Assembly (NCBI GenBank): GCA_029261055.1
Contig: JAJDCA010000014.1
Location: 143,984 to 207,983, forward strand
Origin: Candidatus Omnitrophota bacterium
GTDB lineage: Bacteria > Omnitrophota > Gorgyraeia > Zapsychrales > Zapsychraceae
Length of the DNA: 64,000 bases
Direction: 5' to 3'
A program made the translations under genes and the position numbers. The first letter of the stretch is position 1, and the number at the start of each line of letters is the position of its first letter. A model generated the notes under the pieces. That model was not told the origin of the DNA and did no database searches. It saw only the letters and a program-made list of their open reading frames with translations. Shown here one piece after another: positions 39,922-49,796 of this stretch.

Positions 39922-40389
39922 TTATTCCTTCCACCCATCAAATAGGTGTTTAAGAAATTTTTCTTTATGTAGGTTGAAGGCATGTTGTAAAATTAATTCT
40001 TGGGTTTCCTCCCCGGTGTTGTAGAAAGAAACGCCAATTTGGTTTTCTTTGCCTTCTTTTTTGGCCCAGAGAATATTTCCATTAAGATTAACGGTTGTTT
40101 TTGGTGATAGGTAAACGGTTAATTTAATTTTTTGGTTGGGGGCAAACTTAGTATCTGAAGTAATACAAGCCCCAGCACAACTTAGGTCTTGGGTATAACC
40201 TTCGTACGTTTCTTTGGTTTTGTCTAATTGATAGGAGACAGCATTTTTAACTTCCCATCGTGGAAAATACCTTTGATCAGAATCAGTTGCGGCATTTTCA
40301 TCTGTTTTATGTGAAGACATATATTCCCCCCTTTCTGGAAAAGGTTTGATGATTGTATGAATAGTTAATAAGAAATAAAAAAAAGCCAC
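39922..40389 (-). CDS. PilZ-domain protein (putative c-di-GMP receptor)
   Basis: 155 aa with an RxxxR motif (RYFPRW) and a DxSxxG motif (DLSCAGA) about 30 aa apart. Convergent with ksgA. Confidence 0.65.
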   Translation of the reverse strand: MAFFYFLLTIHTIIKPFPERGEYMSSHKTDENAATDSDQRYFPRWEVKNAVSYQLDKTKETYEGYTQDLSCAGACITSDTKFAPNQKIKLTVYLSPKTTVNLNGNILWAKKEGKENQIGVSFYNTGEETQELILQHAFNLHKEKFLKHLFDGWKE

Positions 40390-40532
40390 AAAACTTTTAT
40401 AACGTTCCGTGGCTATTTTTAAAATAGCATATTAAATTATTGAATGCAAGGTCTATTTAATAAATTTTCTTGTGTAAATGAAATTTAAAGAATCTTGACA
40501 TGTCCTGACGAGGATGATAAAAAAGTCTTATT

Positions 40533-40916
40533 ATGGAGAAAAGAATTTATTATCATGATACCGATGCTGGCGGGGTGGTTTATTACGGGAATTATTTAAA
40601 ATTTCTAGAAGAATCCCGCACAGAATTTCTTGAACAAAAAGGTTTAGATATTACTGCATTAGCCCAAGCAGGTTTTCATTATGCTGTTCGGAAATGTTCC
40701 ATTGTTTACAAGAGTCCGGCAAGGTATGGTGATGTTATTATTTGTGAGGCACAGTTAAAAAAAATAACAGCAGCACAGTTTATCTTTGATCAGAAAGTTT
40801 ATGAAAAAAATAGTAAACGTCTCCTCGTTGAGGCGGAAGTAACCCTCGTTAGTTTGTCTCGGGAATTTAAACCCATACCTATTCCTGCGGAAATAAAATT
40901 GAAACTACATAAATAA
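40533..40916 (+). CDS. Acyl-CoA thioesterase, YbgC/4HBT hotdog family
   Basis: 127 aa starting YHDTDAGGVVYYGNYLKFLEESRTEFL, which matches the YbgC signature. Confidence 0.75.
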   Translation: MEKRIYYHDTDAGGVVYYGNYLKFLEESRTEFLEQKGLDITALAQAGFHYAVRKCSIVYKSPARYGDVIICEAQLKKITAAQFIFDQKVYEKNSKRLLVEAEVTLVSLSREFKPIPIPAEIKLKLHK

Positions 40917-40930
40917 AGGCAGAAAACTCT

Positions 40931-43900
40931 ATGACTAATACGCAATCCAAGAAATTCTATTTTTTTATTTTTTTATTTTTCTTTTTGTCTGGAGCTACAG
41001 GACTTGTATATCAGGTCATCTGGGCCAAATATTTATCTAACATTTTTGGAAGTACAGCGTATGCCCATACAATTGTGTTAGCCGTGTTTATGGGAGGATT
41101 GGCGTATGGAAATTATTTGCTTGGTAGAATTGCAGATCGTTTTAAAGGGAATTTATTGTATTTGTATGGGGTGATTGAATTGATTATTGGCATTTATTGT
41201 ATGTTTTATCCTAATATTGCAAATTTACTGGAGACCGTCTATCAGAATATTGCTTGGCATTTTCATCTTTCATCAACCAGCAAAAGTCTATTGGCGTTAC
41301 AATTCTTTTTTAATAGTGTGAATATTTTTATTCCAACTATGTTGATGGGAGGGACCCTCCCGATTATGGCGAAATTTATTACACACAAGAAGACGGAAAT
41401 TCTCAATAAAATTTCTATCCTTTATTTTATTAATAGTGTAGGTGCTGTTTTTGGGAGCCTTCTTTGCGGTTTTTTTCTCATTCGACTATGGGGGTTAGAT
41501 ACAAGTATTTCCGTTGCTGCGAGTATTAATGTTTTAATAGGGTTTTTGAGTATCGGTATTTCTAAGAGGGGCGGGAGGGTTTTAGGCGCATCGGATGTAA
41601 CCGAACAAACTTCATCCGAAAGAGATGTAGCATTGGAAGAATATAAACCGTCTTTTCGAAAAATTATTATTTTTGCGATTGGGATGAGTGGTTTTGTATC
41701 CATGCTTTACGAGGTTATGTGGATCAGGACATTGACACAGCTTTTCGGTTCGTCAGTCTATTCCTTTTCTCTTGTTGTGGCCGCTTTTATTGCTGGAATA
41801 AGTTTGGGTAGCTGGTGGTTAGCTAAAAATGCAATAAAAATAAAAGAAAAATATTATTTCTTTGGGGTCGTGCAAGCTTTAATTGCCATCACAATGTGTT
41901 TTTGTGTGTTGAGCATTAATCATTTTACTGAATGGGTTTGGTTTTTGTACCAGACTTTTAATACAAGAGAGTTTGTTTATCCCATATTTCTCTTTGCAAA
42001 GTTTTTTCTCGTATTTTTGATATTATTGTTGCCGACATTTTTTATTGGGATCACATTGCCTTTGGCAGGGTCCATATGTGCGAAAAGTCTAAAAATTCTA
42101 GGACGGGACGTAGGTAATGTGTTTTCGATCAATACTTTGGGGGCTCTATTTGGCACCGCCATAGCCGGGCTTATTTTATTGCCCAATATTGGCATTCTTA
42201 ATAGTTTTTATATCGGGATATTGATTAATTTAATTTTGGCGCTAATCCTTTTTCTGAGTTTGCGGCAAAAGAAATCGTTGCGAAATGCTTTGGGTGTTTT
42301 CGTTGTTTTCATCAGCCTATTAATATTTCAGCCGTTAAGTTTAGATAATAACTTGATGTTGACAAGCCTTTTTCGTTACAAAGCAAACGGGCAAATTAAC
42401 TTTTCAGAATATTTTAATTTGATAACGAATAAAAGGAAAATTCTTTATTATAAAGAAGGGCTAAATGGCAACGTTGCTGTTACAAAGATGGGAGATCAGA
42501 AGACTTTGTTTATTAATGGCAAACCAGATGCTTCATCAACTGGGGATATGCCAACACAATTATTGTCAGGACATCTTCCCGCATTATTGCATAAAAATCC
42601 GCGTAAGGTTCTTGTCATTGGTTTTGGAAGTGGTGTAACGGTTGGCGCATTGACGCGGCATTCTTCTATTGAACAAATTGATGTTTTAGAAATTTCTCCT
42701 GCAGTGATCGGAGCTGGAAAATTTTTTAAAGAGGTTAATAATGATTGTCTGAATAATAAAAAAGTTAATGTTATTATTGATGACGCAAAGAATTTTCTTT
42801 CCATAAATAAAGAAAAATATGATCTTATAATTAGTGAACCAACAAATCCTTGGACCGCAGGGACGGCTTCTTTACTGACGGTTGAATCATTTAAACGCAT
42901 TAAAAAATCTTTAAAGGAAGGTGGAATTATTCTGCAATGGTTTCATACCTATGAAATGAGTAATGATTTATTTCGAAGCATTGGAGCGAGTTTTACACAT
43001 GTTTTTCCAAAAGTAAGTGTTTGGCAGCCGGCTAATGGGGATTGTTTTTTCATCGGAAGCATGGAAGGAATCGACGGGAACCCTTTTAGGATGCAAACAG
43101 CTATTCAACAAAATGATGAGGTTAAGCAAAGTTTAAGACAAATCCATGCAGACAATATTTACAGCATCTTAAGTACACAGGTTTTATCTGCTCAAAAAAC
43201 ATATGAATTGTTTTACCGGAAGGCATTATTAAATGAAGACCGTTACCCGATTATCGAATTTAATGCGCCTCGAGCTTTTTTTCTTCGTAAGAGAGTGACT
43301 CTTTTGCAGGAAGCAGATGAACGTATTCATTTTGACAAGGCTAACAGTCTTATTTTGTCGCAGTTTCTTTCCCAAAAAGAATTAAATAATCAAGACATTA
43401 TGGATGTGTATCATTTTATGAAGACATCGAGGGTTTCACTTGTGAACCCTTTTCTTGAACATTATTTAGATACATTACTTTCAATGTCAGAAGATAAAAT
43501 TTCAGAAAAATTATTTCTTGAAATAAAGAAAAATGAACAACAAAGTCGTATTCAAATGTTAGAAAGGCTTAAAGAATTAAAAACGGAAAACCCCAATTCG
43601 TATGCAACTTTTCAGGCTTACCGTAAGGGATTGCAACATGAATATTTAGTGCGCCGTTCAATTTTTTTCAAGAATGAGGAGATGTATCAAGAAATTGAAC
43701 AATTAATTCTTGAGGGGGTAAATACATATCATGAGCATAAATATGAGTTGATCCTTCAGCTAGCAGATTTTTTTGCAGATCAGCATGAATATGAAAAATC
43801 GTTAGAAAAATATTTTGAAATTATCGTTTCAGGGGCACAAAATAATACAACAGAAAATAAAGGAGTTGTGAAGGCTGCTTTATTGAGGGTGAAGGATATG

Positions 43901-44008
43901 AGTTTAAAATACAATGATGTCGGAAGTCTTGTTAAAGTACGTGAATTAGCCGTAAAAATTTTTCCTGATGACGAGCGATTACTTCGGGACATTAGAAAAA
44001 ATAATTAA
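40931..44008 (+). CDS. Large polytopic membrane protein with a spermidine/spermine synthase-like domain and a C-terminal helical domain
   Basis: 1025 aa. About 480 aa of MFS-like TM region, then an aminopropyltransferase/methyltransferase fold (VLVIGFGSGVTVGAL, IDVLEISPAVI, DLIISEPTNPW), then about 300 aa of helical repeats. Confidence 0.75.
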   Translation: MTNTQSKKFYFFIFLFFFLSGATGLVYQVIWAKYLSNIFGSTAYAHTIVLAVFMGGLAYGNYLLGRIADRFKGNLLYLYGVIELIIGIYCMFYPNIANLLETVYQNIAWHFHLSSTSKSLLALQFFFNSVNIFIPTMLMGGTLPIMAKFITHKKTEILNKISILYFINSVGAVFGSLLCGFFLIRLWGLDTSISVAASINVLIGFLSIGISKRGGRVLGASDVTEQTSSERDVALEEYKPSFRKIIIFAIGMSGFVSMLYEVMWIRTLTQLFGSSVYSFSLVVAAFIAGISLGSWWLAKNAIKIKEKYYFFGVVQALIAITMCFCVLSINHFTEWVWFLYQTFNTREFVYPIFLFAKFFLVFLILLLPTFFIGITLPLAGSICAKSLKILGRDVGNVFSINTLGALFGTAIAGLILLPNIGILNSFYIGILINLILALILFLSLRQKKSLRNALGVFVVFISLLIFQPLSLDNNLMLTSLFRYKANGQINFSEYFNLITNKRKILYYKEGLNGNVAVTKMGDQKTLFINGKPDASSTGDMPTQLLSGHLPALLHKNPRKVLVIGFGSGVTVGALTRHSSIEQIDVLEISPAVIGAGKFFKEVNNDCLNNKKVNVIIDDAKNFLSINKEKYDLIISEPTNPWTAGTASLLTVESFKRIKKSLKEGGIILQWFHTYEMSNDLFRSIGASFTHVFPKVSVWQPANGDCFFIGSMEGIDGNPFRMQTAIQQNDEVKQSLRQIHADNIYSILSTQVLSAQKTYELFYRKALLNEDRYPIIEFNAPRAFFLRKRVTLLQEADERIHFDKANSLILSQFLSQKELNNQDIMDVYHFMKTSRVSLVNPFLEHYLDTLLSMSEDKISEKLFLEIKKNEQQSRIQMLERLKELKTENPNSYATFQAYRKGLQHEYLVRRSIFFKNEEMYQEIEQLILEGVNTYHEHKYELILQLADFFADQHEYEKSLEKYFEIIVSGAQNNTTENKGVVKAALLRVKDMSLKYNDVGSLVKVRELAVKIFPDDERLLRDIRKNN

Positions 44009-44029
44009 TCAAGAATCAACATATTCAAC

Positions 44030-44058
44030 ATATTAAGCTTGAGTGTGCACCATAATAA
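44030..44058 (+). promoter_or_regulatory. Candidate sigma70 promoter for gatCAB
   Basis: TTGAGT, a 17-nt spacer, then TATCAT, preceded by a TG that makes an extended -10 (TGgTATCAT). About 50 nt upstream of the gatC ATG. Confidence 0.4.
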
Positions 44059-44107
44059 TGGTATCATAGCGCAAATTTTTTGAAATAGAATATTAAGGAA
44101 AAAAGGC

Positions 44108-44392
44108 ATGATTAGCGACAAGGATGTTAAGTACATTGCAGGGTTAGCCAGAATTCATTTGGAAGATGATCAAGTAACGCATTTGACAAAGGATTTGGAA
44201 GGTATTCTGCATTACATTGAAAAACTGAATAAATTAGATGTGACCCAAGTTGATCCGACCAGTCATGTATTACCTCTTAAGAATGTTTACCGTGAAGATG
44301 AAGTGAAACCTTCCTTATCTCAAGAAGAGGTTTTAAAATTTTCTGTGGAACAACGAGATGGATCTTTTAAAGTACCCAAGGTTATTGAATGA
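44108..44392 (+). CDS. gatC: Glu-tRNA(Gln)/Asp-tRNA(Asn) amidotransferase subunit C
   Basis: 94 aa starting [22 protein letters not shown]. The gatC-gatA-gatB order is intact. Confidence 0.85.
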   Translation: MISDKDVKYIAGLARIHLEDDQVTHLTKDLEGILHYIEKLNKLDVTQVDPTSHVLPLKNVYREDEVKPSLSQEEVLKFSVEQRDGSFKVPKVIE

Positions 44393-45831
44393 AGCTTAAC
44401 GCATTAACAGCCCACGAAATTTTAGATCTTATCAAGGATAAACAAACGACTCCGCAAGCTGTTTTGGATGAAGTCCAGCAACATATTAAACAGTCTGACA
44501 AAGATGTTCATGCGTATGTGCGGCTTGCCAAAAATTCTAATATTTCTGACGTCTCCGTAGATCAGAATGCTATTCCAATTCCCATTGGTATTAAAGATAA
44601 TATTTGTATTAAGGGCGAAGAAACGACATGTTGTTCAAAACTTTTGACAGGGTTTAAACCCCCTTACAATGCCACGGTGATTGAAAAGTTAAAGGCTTCG
44701 GGGGCGATGTTTGTCGGACATACAAACATGGATGAATTTGCTTTTGGTTCTTCGACGGAAAATTCTTTTTACGGTGTGACGCATAATCCATGGAATTTGG
44801 AATGTGTCCCTGGTGGTTCCAGTGGTGGGTCGGCTGCTGCTGTTGCGGCGAATGAAGCTATTTGGGCGATTGGATCAGATACTGGAGGATCGATTCGTCA
44901 ACCGGCCTCTTTTTGTGGTGTTGTTGGATTAAAACCAACGTATGGTCGTGTATCGCGTTACGGCCTTATTGCCTTTGCTTCAAGTTTAGATCAAATCGGT
45001 CCGCTCACTAAGGATGTGACGGATTCCGCTTTGTTATTAAATATTCTTGCCGGTCATGATTCTAAGGATTCTACATCGGTTGATCAACCTGTGCCGGATT
45101 ACACAAAGGCACTGACAAAGGATGTTAAAAATCTTAAAATCGGGGTGCCTAAAGAATATTTTGTTGAGGGAATGGATGCAGAAGTCAAAGCCTCTGTGAT
45201 GCAATCCATTGAAGTCCTTAAACAATGTGGCGCTCAATTTGTAGATGTTTCTTTGCCGCATACAGAATATGCGGTAGCGACGTATTACATTATTGCTACG
45301 GCTGAGGCCAGTTCTAATTTAGCGCGCTTTGATAGTGTGCAATATGGTTTGCGCCAGAATCCGGCCCAAAAACGCAAGACGACTCTTGTGGATATGTATG
45401 AAGAGTCGCGCAGTGTTGGATTTGGCGAAGAAGCTAAACGGCGAATTATGTTAGGAACCTATTCACTTTCTTCAGGATATTACGATGCGTATTATTTAAA
45501 AGGGCTTAAAGTCAGGACATTGATCAAGAATGATTTTGATAAAGCGTTTGAAAGCGTAGATGCGATTATTACGCCGACCTCACCGACAACAGCTTTTAAG
45601 ATAGGGGCCCGTGCAAAAAATCCTTTAGATATGTATCTTTCAGATATCTACACCATTTCGGCTAATTTGAGTGGCATTCCAGGCATATCTATTCCTTGCG
45701 GATTTTCTAAAGAAGGCTTACCAATTGGGTTGCAGATTTTAGCCAAACCTTTTGATGAAGAAATGTTGTTCCGTATTGCATACACGTTTGAGCAGAACAC
45801 GGAGTGGCATAAAAAGAAAGTTGGGTTTTAA
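44389..45831 (+). CDS. gatA: Glu-tRNA(Gln) amidotransferase subunit A
   Basis: Amidase signature ([25 protein letters not shown]). Confidence 0.95.
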   Translation: MKLNALTAHEILDLIKDKQTTPQAVLDEVQQHIKQSDKDVHAYVRLAKNSNISDVSVDQNAIPIPIGIKDNICIKGEETTCCSKLLTGFKPPYNATVIEKLKASGAMFVGHTNMDEFAFGSSTENSFYGVTHNPWNLECVPGGSSGGSAAAVAANEAIWAIGSDTGGSIRQPASFCGVVGLKPTYGRVSRYGLIAFASSLDQIGPLTKDVTDSALLLNILAGHDSKDSTSVDQPVPDYTKALTKDVKNLKIGVPKEYFVEGMDAEVKASVMQSIEVLKQCGAQFVDVSLPHTEYAVATYYIIATAEASSNLARFDSVQYGLRQNPAQKRKTTLVDMYEESRSVGFGEEAKRRIMLGTYSLSSGYYDAYYLKGLKVRTLIKNDFDKAFESVDAIITPTSPTTAFKIGARAKNPLDMYLSDIYTISANLSGIPGISIPCGFSKEGLPIGLQILAKPFDEEMLFRIAYTFEQNTEWHKKKVGF

Positions 45832-45835
45832 TTAC

Positions 45836-45888
45836 GGGCATGATAAATCATGCCCGTACGGGGGGGTGTCATTTGTAGGGGCATGATT
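45836..45888 (+). repeat. Two tandem near-identical hairpins in the gatA-gatB spacer
   Basis: gggcatga-taaa-tcatgccc (45836-45855) and gggcatga-ttca-tcatgccc (45869-45888). The 8-bp stems are identical and they are separated by a G-rich 13-nt linker (45856-45868). Confidence 0.6.
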
Positions 45889-45917
45889 CATCATGCCCTT
45901 TAACGCCATTTAATTTT

Positions 45918-47357
45918 ATGAAATACGAAACAGTCATCGGTCTTGAAGTTCATTTGCAGTTGAGTACAAATACAAAGATTTTTTGTGGTTGTGCAAATAA
46001 GTTTGGTGAAGCGCCCAATACATTGACGTGTCCAGTTTGTTTGGGGCTTCCGGGAAGTCTTCCCGTCGTTAATAAAAAAGTTCTAGAGTACGGTATCAAG
46101 ATAGGTTCTGCTTTAAATTGTAAAATTAATTCTTTTGTAAAATTTGATCGTAAGAATTATTTTTATCCGGATTGTCCTAAAGATTACCAAATTTCTCAAT
46201 TTGATTTTCCTATTGCCTATGATGGCTTTGTTACTATTCCAATGGATGACAATGGAGAGAAAAAAATAACTATTCATCGTGCGCATTTAGAAGAAGATGC
46301 TGGAAAGCTTATTCATGATGCGCAAGCCAATTGTAGCTTAGTGGATTACAATCGAACGGGAACGCCTTTGGTGGAAATTGTTTCAGATCCAGATCTCCGG
46401 TCGCCTCAAGAGGCTTACGATTATTTGCAGGTTTTAAAATTAACACTGCAATATTTAAATGTCTCTGATTGTGATATGGAAAAAGGGAGTCTGCGATGTG
46501 ATGCTAATATTTCTATCCGCGAACAAGGCGATACCAAATTAGGAACTAAAACAGAATTAAAAAATATGAATTCTTTTAAGGCGGTTAAAGTAGCCTTGGA
46601 ATACGAAGAAAATCGCCAGCGGCAAGTTGTCGAAGCTGGTGATCGTGTTGTTCAGGAAACACGGTTATGGGACGATGCTAAAAATATGACATTGGTCATG
46701 CGTAGCAAAGAAGAAGCCCATGATTACCGTTATTTTCCAGAGCCGGACTTAGTGCCGTTTATTCAAGATGAAAAAATTATTGAAGAAATTCGCCAATCCA
46801 TTCCTGAACTTCCTGCGCAAAAATTAGAACGGGTTATTAAGGAATACCAAATTTCAGAATATGATGCAAAGATCATTATTCAGGATGCGTGTTTGGCTGG
46901 TTTTTTTGAAAATTGCACCAAGTATTACAAGGATACAAAGAAAATCTGTAATTGGATGAATGGAGCATTGCTTCAGGAAATCAATAGCCGCAAAACCACC
47001 ATTACAGACATAACATTAAAACCTGAAGACTTTTCGCTTTTGATTAAAAAAGTTGAGGAGGGGCTTATTAGTAATTTAGCCGGCAAAGATGTTTTGAAAT
47101 TTATGCTGGACACCGGAAAATCTGCCGATGTTCTTATTGAAGAAAAAGGATTAGCTCAAGTCTCTGACGACGGAGCTTTAAAAGAAATTATTCAGCAGGT
47201 TATTAGTGAAAACGAAAAAGTCGTTCAACAAATCAAAGAGGGAAAAGATAGCGCTGCTGGCTTTTTAGTCGGTCAAGCCATGAAAAAATCCAAAGGCAAA
47301 GCAAATCCCAAAAAAGTGGGTGAATTGATACGACAAATTTTAAAGGGGGATTCTTAA
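45918..47357 (+). CDS. gatB: Glu-tRNA(Gln) amidotransferase subunit B
   Basis: YETVIGLEVHLQL, and a C-terminal YqeY-like domain. Confidence 0.95.
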   Translation: MKYETVIGLEVHLQLSTNTKIFCGCANKFGEAPNTLTCPVCLGLPGSLPVVNKKVLEYGIKIGSALNCKINSFVKFDRKNYFYPDCPKDYQISQFDFPIAYDGFVTIPMDDNGEKKITIHRAHLEEDAGKLIHDAQANCSLVDYNRTGTPLVEIVSDPDLRSPQEAYDYLQVLKLTLQYLNVSDCDMEKGSLRCDANISIREQGDTKLGTKTELKNMNSFKAVKVALEYEENRQRQVVEAGDRVVQETRLWDDAKNMTLVMRSKEEAHDYRYFPEPDLVPFIQDEKIIEEIRQSIPELPAQKLERVIKEYQISEYDAKIIIQDACLAGFFENCTKYYKDTKKICNWMNGALLQEINSRKTTITDITLKPEDFSLLIKKVEEGLISNLAGKDVLKFMLDTGKSADVLIEEKGLAQVSDDGALKEIIQQVISENEKVVQQIKEGKDSAAGFLVGQAMKKSKGKANPKKVGELIRQILKGDS

Positions 47358-48700
47358 TGACTAAGAAATTTTTTACAGGTATTGCAACCGTCATTGTTCT
47401 TTTTTCTTTAACAACGCTGGCTGTATCTCAAATTGATCGCAAGACAAAAGATGATCTGTATTCTCAAATAGAGCTTTTTAGTTACACGCTTACAACGATT
47501 CAATCTGATTATGTGGAGGAGCTATCTCCGAAAGATCTTATTTATGGATCTTTAAAAGGAATGTTGGCCACGTTAGATCCGCATAGCCAGTTTCTTGATC
47601 CAGACGAATACAAAGAGTTAAAAACAGAGACACGCGGTAAGTTTGGAGGGTTAGGGATTGAAATTTCTATTCGTGACGGACTGCTTACGGTTATTACCCC
47701 TATTGAAGATACGCCAGCTTGGCGCGCAGGGATGCAATCCATGGATCGTATTGTTAAAATTGAGGGCGAGCTGACAAAAGATATTACCTTAGGCGACGCT
47801 GTTAAAAAAATGCGTGGTAAGCCGGGCACAGAAATAACCATCACTGTTTTGCGAGAGTCGGAGGGGGAAATCTTAGATATCACAATTACCCGTGAGGTCA
47901 TTCATATTCAAGATGTTAAGCATACACAAATTCTGAAAGACAATGTGGGATACGTTCGTTTAGCTGAGTTTCGTGAAGATTCAGCTAAAGAATTTCGCAA
48001 GGCTTTAGATGAATTAGATGATCTTGGAGCCGATAGTCTTATTTTGGATTTGCGGAATAATCCTGGGGGACTTCTAAATGTCGCTATTCGTATTACAGAG
48101 GAATTTCTTGGAGAGGGAAAGACAATTGTTTCAACCAGGGGTCGTCATCAAACACAAAATACAGTGACGCTATCCAAAAATCGGAATCATCTTATTGATT
48201 GGCCGATGGTTGTTTTGATCAATGAAGGCAGCGCTTCGGGAAGTGAAATTTTAGCTGGGGCTTTAAAAGATAACCATCGTGCGATTACGTTGGGATCAAA
48301 GTCTTTTGGAAAAGGATCGGTGCAGTCTGTGATTCCTTTGCCGGATGGGTCCGGCTTGAGGCTTACAACCAGTAAATATTTTACACCGTCCGGAGAGTCT
48401 ATTCATGGCAAAGGGATTGAGCCGGATATTGTTGTGGAAAGAATTATTCCTAAAAAAGACGAAAAAGATGAAAAAGAGAAAAAGATCGATGAAATTTTTG
48501 AAGATCTTGAATCGCGTGAGAAAAAAGAAAAGAAAAAGAAAGAAAATGGGGAAGATGATATTACAAAAAAGACAAGAGAAGTTCACGAGCGATTGTTAAG
48601 TGACAATCAAGTCCAAAGCGCGATTAGTGTTTTAAAAGGAATCAAGGTGTTTGAACGGTTTGAAAATATTGAGTTAGGATTGGATGAAGATGAGGGGTAA
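47357..48700 (+). CDS. ctpA: Carboxyl-terminal processing protease (S41 family) with a PDZ domain and a Lys/Glu-rich tail
   Basis: PDZ domain (GGLGIEISIRDGLLTVITP) and S41 catalytic region (LINEGSASGSEILAGALKD; Lys in SFGKGSVQ). The C-terminus is KKDEKDEKEKK...KKEKKKKENGEDD. Confidence 0.9.
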   Translation: MTKKFFTGIATVIVLFSLTTLAVSQIDRKTKDDLYSQIELFSYTLTTIQSDYVEELSPKDLIYGSLKGMLATLDPHSQFLDPDEYKELKTETRGKFGGLGIEISIRDGLLTVITPIEDTPAWRAGMQSMDRIVKIEGELTKDITLGDAVKKMRGKPGTEITITVLRESEGEILDITITREVIHIQDVKHTQILKDNVGYVRLAEFREDSAKEFRKALDELDDLGADSLILDLRNNPGGLLNVAIRITEEFLGEGKTIVSTRGRHQTQNTVTLSKNRNHLIDWPMVVLINEGSASGSEILAGALKDNHRAITLGSKSFGKGSVQSVIPLPDGSGLRLTTSKYFTPSGESIHGKGIEPDIVVERIIPKKDEKDEKEKKIDEIFEDLESREKKEKKKKENGEDDITKKTREVHERLLSDNQVQSAISVLKGIKVFERFENIELGLDEDEG

Positions 48701-48718
48701 TAGGCAAAGTGACGATCG

Positions 48719-49696
48719 ATGGTGATCCTTGGCATAGAAACATCTTGTGATGAAACAGCAGCGGCCGTTGTCAAAGATGGAAAAGAAGTTTTCTCCAATG
48801 TAGTCATGTCCAGCCTGAAAGAACATAAGAAATTTGGCGGGATTATTCCAGAGTTGGCGTCTCGGAGGCAGCTTGAATGGATTCAGACGGTTGTTAAACG
48901 GGCCCTAAAAGTAGCAGACCTTACATTAGACGATATTGATGCTGTTGCCGTGACATCACGGCCGGGGCTGATCGGATCTCTTTTAGTGGGTATTTCATTC
49001 AGTAGAGCTTTAAGTTTTTCTTTGAACAAACCGCTCATTAACGTCGATCACATCAAAGCCCATTTGTATGCAAATTTTTTAAGGCAATCATCTGCGGAAG
49101 AGTACCCACAATTACCGGTTGTGGGGTTGGTTGTTTCTGGCGGGCATACATCTTTGTACCATATCAAGAATTTTGATCAATTTAAACTTTTAGGGCAGAC
49201 ACGCGATGATGCGGTGGGAGAATCTTTTGACAAAGTCGCACGGATTTTAGACTTGGGGTATCCTGGTGGACCGGCCATTGACCGTTTGGCGAAAGGTGTT
49301 CAACCTACCGGGCAGATACGGTTTAAATGTGCTGATTTACCCAAGACGTATGATTTTAGTTTTAGCGGCATAAAGACGGCCGTTCTTTATTACGCTCGTG
49401 ATCACAAAACACAGAAGGATTTTGATGTGGCTGCCGTTGTCCAAGCATTTCAACAAATTGTTGTTTCTGTTTTGGTTAAGAAGAGTATTTATGCATGTCA
49501 AGAATTAAAGACCAAATCACTTGTCGTTGGTGGCGGTGTTGCGGCCAATTCGCTTCTTCGCAAACAACTCATGCACGAAGCAAAGTTGCAGGGCATAAAG
49601 GTATTTTTTCCATCAATGTCTTTATGTATGGATAATGCTGCGATGATTGCGGGATTAGGGTATTGGAGTAGGGAAAAGCAAGAAGCAAAGTTGTAA
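48719..49696 (+). CDS. tsaD: tRNA N6-threonylcarbamoyladenosine synthase TsaD (Kae1/Gcp family)
   Basis: ILGIETSCDETAAAVV, and HxxxH-type metal site residues (HIKAHLYA). Confidence 0.9.
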   Translation: MVILGIETSCDETAAAVVKDGKEVFSNVVMSSLKEHKKFGGIIPELASRRQLEWIQTVVKRALKVADLTLDDIDAVAVTSRPGLIGSLLVGISFSRALSFSLNKPLINVDHIKAHLYANFLRQSSAEEYPQLPVVGLVVSGGHTSLYHIKNFDQFKLLGQTRDDAVGESFDKVARILDLGYPGGPAIDRLAKGVQPTGQIRFKCADLPKTYDFSFSGIKTAVLYYARDHKTQKDFDVAAVVQAFQQIVVSVLVKKSIYACQELKTKSLVVGGGVAANSLLRKQLMHEAKLQGIKVFFPSMSLCMDNAAMIAGLGYWSREKQEAKL

Positions 49697-49782
49697 GAAG
49701 CAAGAGGCAAAGAGGTAAAAAAATAAATTTGATTTTTTGGTTTTTCTCTGCATCTTATTTCTTTGCTACTCTGTTTCTTTAA
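49670..49782. repeat. Copy B of the dispersed AG/CT palindromic element
   Basis: The left arm gaaaagcaagaagcaaagttgtaagaagcaagaggcaaagagg overlaps the last codons and stop of tsaD. The right arm tttttctctgcatcttatttctttgctactctgtttcttt is about 85% identical to the copy A right arm. The element ends at the mgtC RBS. Confidence 0.6.
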
Positions 49783-49796
49783 AGCGAGGAGGAGAT

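Noticed and set aside
48296-48599. ORFs 48296-48586 (-) and 48405-48599 (+) encoding K/R/F-rich peptides
   Set aside because: They are alternative-frame and antisense readings of the Lys/Glu-rich AAG/GAA repeat at the ctpA 3' end.
49737-49796. N-terminal 20-aa extension of mgtC (MVFLCILFLCYSVSLKRGGD)
   Set aside because: It is a translation of the CT-rich arm of repeat copy B. The real start is ATG 49797 with a strong RBS.
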